From Mobula hypostoma (Eukaryota), in contig NC_086098.1 in the NCBI RefSeq assembly GCF_963921235.1, positions 109,678,001-109,742,000 on the forward strand: a stretch of DNA of 64,000 nt, in the 5' to 3' direction. The position numbers were made by a program, and so were the translations under genes. Below the pieces are notes generated by a model. The model made no database searches and was not told where the DNA came from. It was given only the letters and a program-made list of their open reading frames with translations. How positions within the stretch are numbered: the stretch's first letter is position 1; every line of letters starts with the position of its first letter. Positions 59,565-64,000 of the stretch are shown piece after piece.

Positions 59565-61125
59565 CAGGTGTCCCCCGCTTTTCAGATGCTCGCTTTACGA
59601 AACCTCACTGTTACGAAAGACCTACATTAGTACCCTATTTTCGCTTTCAGAAGGTGTTTTCACTGTTACAAAAAAAAATTCAGCGCGTGATAAAAGGCAG
59701 CGTGTGCCCCGAGCTGCCTCTTTCCCCCGGATTCTCGCCGGCATGGCTTAAACACGAGCCTGTGAGCAGCCGTTTGCAAGATGAGTTCTATGGTATCGGA
59801 AAAGCCTGAAAGAGCTCGTAAGGGTGTTACACTTACGGTAAAACTAGACATAATTAAGTGTTTTGATCGTGGTGAACGAAGTAAGGACAACGTGAGTTTG
59901 GCTTGTGGAAGCGGACGAACATGATGTTGAAGAGGTTTTGGCATCCCATCAAGAACTGACAGATGAAGAGCTATGCCACTGGAAGAAAAAAGGATAACGA
60001 TTGAAACCGAATGAGTAATGATAAAGTACGACTTTAATTTTGAAAGGGTACGTCGGTTTAGGGGATATTTGCAGGATGGTTTGAGTCCTTATTAAAGAAC
60101 TGTGTGATAGAAAAATGTGCGAGGCTCAGCAGTCAAGCAAGCCTTCCAGATCAGCCACAGCAGACGATGAACCTCGACCTTTGACATCGAGGCGGGCAGA
60201 GATAGAAGAAGAGGAGCTGCCTGCTCTAATGGAAACAGACGATGAGATGACACCCCAGTGTCCCACCACCCCAACCCCCAGGCCATGGACAGATACCGAT
60301 TCGCGGAGAATGCAAAGGTAGCCGGGAGGCACACAGCACATCTTTAAGAAAAAAACCGAAATAAATATGCTAATTAATTAGGTGCTGCCGACACGTAATT
60401 GCCAGCCCAGATCAGAGACAACGCAATCAGAAATTGGCATTGATCTGGGCCGACAATTACGGGCGGCACCTAATTAATTAGCATGTTTGTTTCGGCTTTT
60501 TTCTTAAAGATGTGCTGTGTACCTCCCGGCTACCGCTGGACCCCTGCATGCTTCGCGGCAATGTATCGCTCAGTGGCCTGGAGGGTGGGGGGGGGCCACT
60601 GCACCACCCAAACTCCGACGACTCAGTCTAACACACCATCATCAGTGTGCTCGGCGCTGAACCAATTCCGGTAAGTGATATTACACTGTACATACATTAT
60701 TTCTACTTTATATCGGCTGTGTATTTTTACGTGTTATTTGGTATGATTTGGCAGCTTCATAGCTTAAAGGTTATTGGAGAGCGCTTGCGCGTGTTTTTGC
60801 CAACAGCGCTAGCGTGAGATTTTCTGCCGACGGCGCTTGCATGAGATTTTCGCTCCAGAGAACAGTTCATTAATGATTGTGGAAAAGTATTTCTACTTTA
60901 TATAGGTTGTGTATTTATCATATCATTCCTGCTTTTACTATATGTTACTGTTATTTTAGGTTTTATGTGTTATTTGGCATGATTTGGTAGGTTATTTTTG
61001 GGTCTGCGAAGGCTCACAAAATTTTCCCATATAAATAAATGGTAATTGCTTCTTCGCTTTACGACATTTCGGCTTACGAACTGTTTCATAGGAACGCTCT
61101 ACCTTCGGATGGCGGGGGAAACCTG
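59565..61125 (+). mobile_element. Tigger/pogo-type non-autonomous DNA transposon
   Basis: TA flanks; TIR caggtgtcccccgc / caggtttcccccgc; from 59781 MSSMVSEKPERARKGVTLTVKLDIIKCFDRGE (CENP-B-type HTH start) fused to a C-terminal remnant DVEEVLASHQELTDEEL. Confidence 0.88.
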
Positions 61126-61918
61126 TACATGGGTTCTTGCTGCCACTTGAGGTATTCACTGCATTGGATTAGACACAATGCAAGGTTTTTTGAAGTGAAA
61201 GAACAGTGGGACATCCATCCTCTCTGCTGTGTTTTAAACATTTAACAAGTTTCAATTGCCAGGGCTGGTACTTTTTGGAGATTTTTATGTCCAGCAAGTT
61301 TTGTATTTGGGATTGTGAAACCGATCCTTAGCCTTCATTGAAATCTGTGAGATGGAGCTTCATTTTCCAGTTTCATTTTTACCTGCTTTCTTTGTTCACG
61401 TTAATTGGAGAAGAGTCGAGATTCTGGTGATTCAGAACAACTGAAGGAAGTATCTTGTGTATCAAGGCAACGGTAGTCATTTGAAGGATTGAGTTGTAAA
61501 TCTGGCCTTGCCAGAGATGTCCTCAGTCCATGTGCAATGGTTGCACAGAGCTAGAGTAGTTTGCAGAGGAGTTTTTGAGTAGAGTTTACTTCAGTAGGTT
61601 TACTATCAGAAAACAAGTTGGAATTTTTAAGAAGACTAATTTTCTAACATAGAATGGGATGTATGTACCTTTTCTGTCATTCATCTTTTACCTATGTGGC
61701 CATTTCTTTACCTGCTGTGTGAGGAGAAGATTGATGTTTCCTTGCTGGAAATTCTGTTTTTTTTTTCCCCCCCACAAAACAATTGCAGGGCTCTAGGTGG
61801 GGTAAGTTATGGTTAACTCCTGCTGATACCATGATAACAGCATGAAAATTAAGAATTGACAGATGAATATTGAGAATTGAACTTCCCCTTATCAACCGAC
61901 CTGTTTGTTACCTCTTAA

Positions 61919-62334
61919 CCCTTACATACTGTTCATATTCTATACCTTCACAGTATGGTCTGGGTCAATTTTGAACCGGCCCAAGAATCCCCTCATAACA
62001 AGTGTCTATACCAAATTTTGAACCACAGATCTATTTAGAATGTATAAATAGCCTATCTGACATTAATAAATGGGTGATTAATCCTTAATGTTTCAAAGAT
62101 CTAAAATCCATTTCAATAGATATGGGTCAAATTTGACCCGGAACAGCCTCAATGTACAAAAATTTGTAGCACTTGTACAAAAGTATAAAATTTTGAAATA
62201 TTTTCATTTTTGTGCATTTTGGGTCACTTTAGGAAAAGTCACCAAATTTCAGCTTTAAAAAATGGCATTTGGGGTGTTTTTACTGCTGTCAAATGTTAAA
62301 ACGGGTCAAATTTGGCCCGAACAGTATGTAAGGG
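61919..62334. mobile_element. piggyBac-type MITE
   Basis: TTAA at 61915-61918 and 62335-62338; perfect 16-bp TIR cccttacatactgttc; three gggtcaaatttgaccc-like palindromes. Confidence 0.9.
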
Positions 62335-63109
62335 TTAAGATGTGATGTTAACCTCCTGCTGGTGCAGAGTGCTGATAATGTCTCCTATATGGTCCCTGCC
62401 AGATATAATTGTAAGGAGTGTGTTGTTGCCCCTGTTAATGTGTTCTTTGTAATGTGTGTTTAAAATGTGGAGCGTTCATTTGGCTCCAATGAACATAACT
62501 AACTTGTTTTTGTTCAAAACAGCTGAACCTGCATTTTTAGCCTAGGATAATGTGCATCACAACAAAATGTCAGTATCATATGTCATGTTTTCCTTTTCAG
62601 ACATCAGCTTTATGTTGTATTTCAATTTTTTATTACATTTGAGTAAACAAGGAAGGGAAACCATTTAATTACAAGAAACAAAAACAATCCTGGATTAATT
62701 ATTTCCCTCTTGCATGATTGTAGTATTGTCAACAGAGAAGCCTGATGATTCGGTTGTGCATTATTCACCACCAATACGATATGTGTCATTATGCTTCAAA
62801 TAGAACCTCCTTGATTCATCCAAAATGGTAACTAAATTGCTCCATATTAAACAGCCTTTTCTCTTCAAAATTTCAGTTATCTCTTGGGTAGTGCCAAGTT
62901 TAATCCTGAACTTGAGTGTTGAATATGTTGAGTTTGCACACTCCCGCTGTGACAGTGTGGGTTTCACCCAGGTAGCGCAGTTTTCTCCTACATCGGAAAG
63001 ACATGCAGGTTGGGAAGTTAATTGCCCAGTGTAAGAACGTAGAGTTGTGTGGTAAGATGTGGGTGCAGTTGATAAGAATGTGGGGGAGAATGAAAACAGG
63101 ATTATAATA

Positions 63110-63720
63110 TGACTTTAATTTTCCACTTTAATGTTCATTCTCACTCCCTTCTGATCTGTGGCCTCCTCTATTGCCTCAGTGAGGGCCAATGCAGATGAGA
63201 AATCAACATCTTATCTTCTGCCTAAATGCTTTGCAGCTAACTGGACTGAACACATTGAATTTCTCAACACCAGCCTTCCTGCAGATGCCGGAAATCCAGA
63301 GTAACACACACAAAATGCTGGAAGAGCTCAGCAGGTCAGACAGCGTCTATATAGGGGAATAAACAGTCAATGTTTCGGGCCGAGGCCTTTCATCAGAACC
63401 CTTCATCAATGAATTTTTCAACCTTGGGTAAGGTGTCAAGCTTATGACCCTTTCTCAACTCAAGCTCTGTCAAATACGTTGCTAATGCTCATTTGTCATG
63501 TTCCATTTCACTTGATTTGCCTTAATCAAATCTCCATTTTGTTTTACATTTTGCTCCTCCCTCAAAAGGTCCACTTTGAAAACTGTAAACCCTCCACACC
63601 ATCCCCAGATCTGAGGAAGGATGATTGGGCTCTTTCCATGGATGCTGCTCGACGGGCTGAGTGCTTGCAGCATTTTGTTGTTCAGATTCCTCCATCAACA
63701 GTTTTATTTGTTTTCCATTG
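63110..63720. mobile_element. Decayed plus-strand PLE 3' part with a younger inverted PLE tail (about 63275-63410) inserted
   Basis: Minus-strand hammerhead core CUGAUGA-AAGGCCUCGGCCC-GAAAC-AUU at about 63364-63396, with stem I broken by the junction. Confidence 0.7.
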
Positions 63721-64000
63721 GGATTAGCTTAGTGGTTAGCACAATACAGTACAGGTGACTGGGGTTCAATTTCCGCTACTGCCTGTAAGGAGTTTGTATG
63801 TTCTCCCCATGACTGTATGCATCTTGGCTGGGTGCTCCTGTTTGCTCCCACAGTCCAGGATAGGTTAGTTGGTCATTATAAATGATCTCATGATTAAGCT
63901 AGGATTAAATCAGGGGATTGCTGGGCGCTGTGGCTCGAATGGCCAGAAGGGCCTATCATTAGGTAAATAAATGAATGTAAAATTTGTGTAAATGGTTGGT

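Noticed and set aside
51000-64000. ANKRD6 coding exons
   Set aside because: No ankyrin-repeat sequence recognised in any frame.

Overview
Vertebrate genomic DNA. The repeat repertoire (CR1, Rex1/Babar, Penelope-like, V-SINE, Deu-type SINE) suggests a cartilaginous fish, probably a ray; this is inference. The window holds the complete 7-exon RRAGD (RagD GTPase) gene on the minus strand (CDS 39002 to 5229, 1185 nt, 394 aa, all introns GT-AG). It also holds the first coding exon and CpG-island promoter of UBE2J1 (minus, 2364-2394) and a third CpG island at about 50.4-51 kb that by synteny is probably the ANKRD6 5' end. Much of the rest is transposon-derived: CR1, Rex1/Babar, RTE, L1 and Vingi LINEs, SINEs, Tc1, hAT, Tigger and piggyBac derivatives, and three minisatellites. 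Most interesting: (i) GIY-YIG Penelope-like elements whose 3' ends carry minimal hammerhead ribozymes and which repeatedly insert as two outward-facing 3' ends inside one TSD, from about 140-bp mini-hairpins to a 2.3-kb palindrome; (ii) an unexplained 99-bp structured element present twice (94/99 identical), in the introns on either side of RRAGD exon 6. Gene and TSD coordinates were read base by base; most decayed repeat boundaries are approximate.
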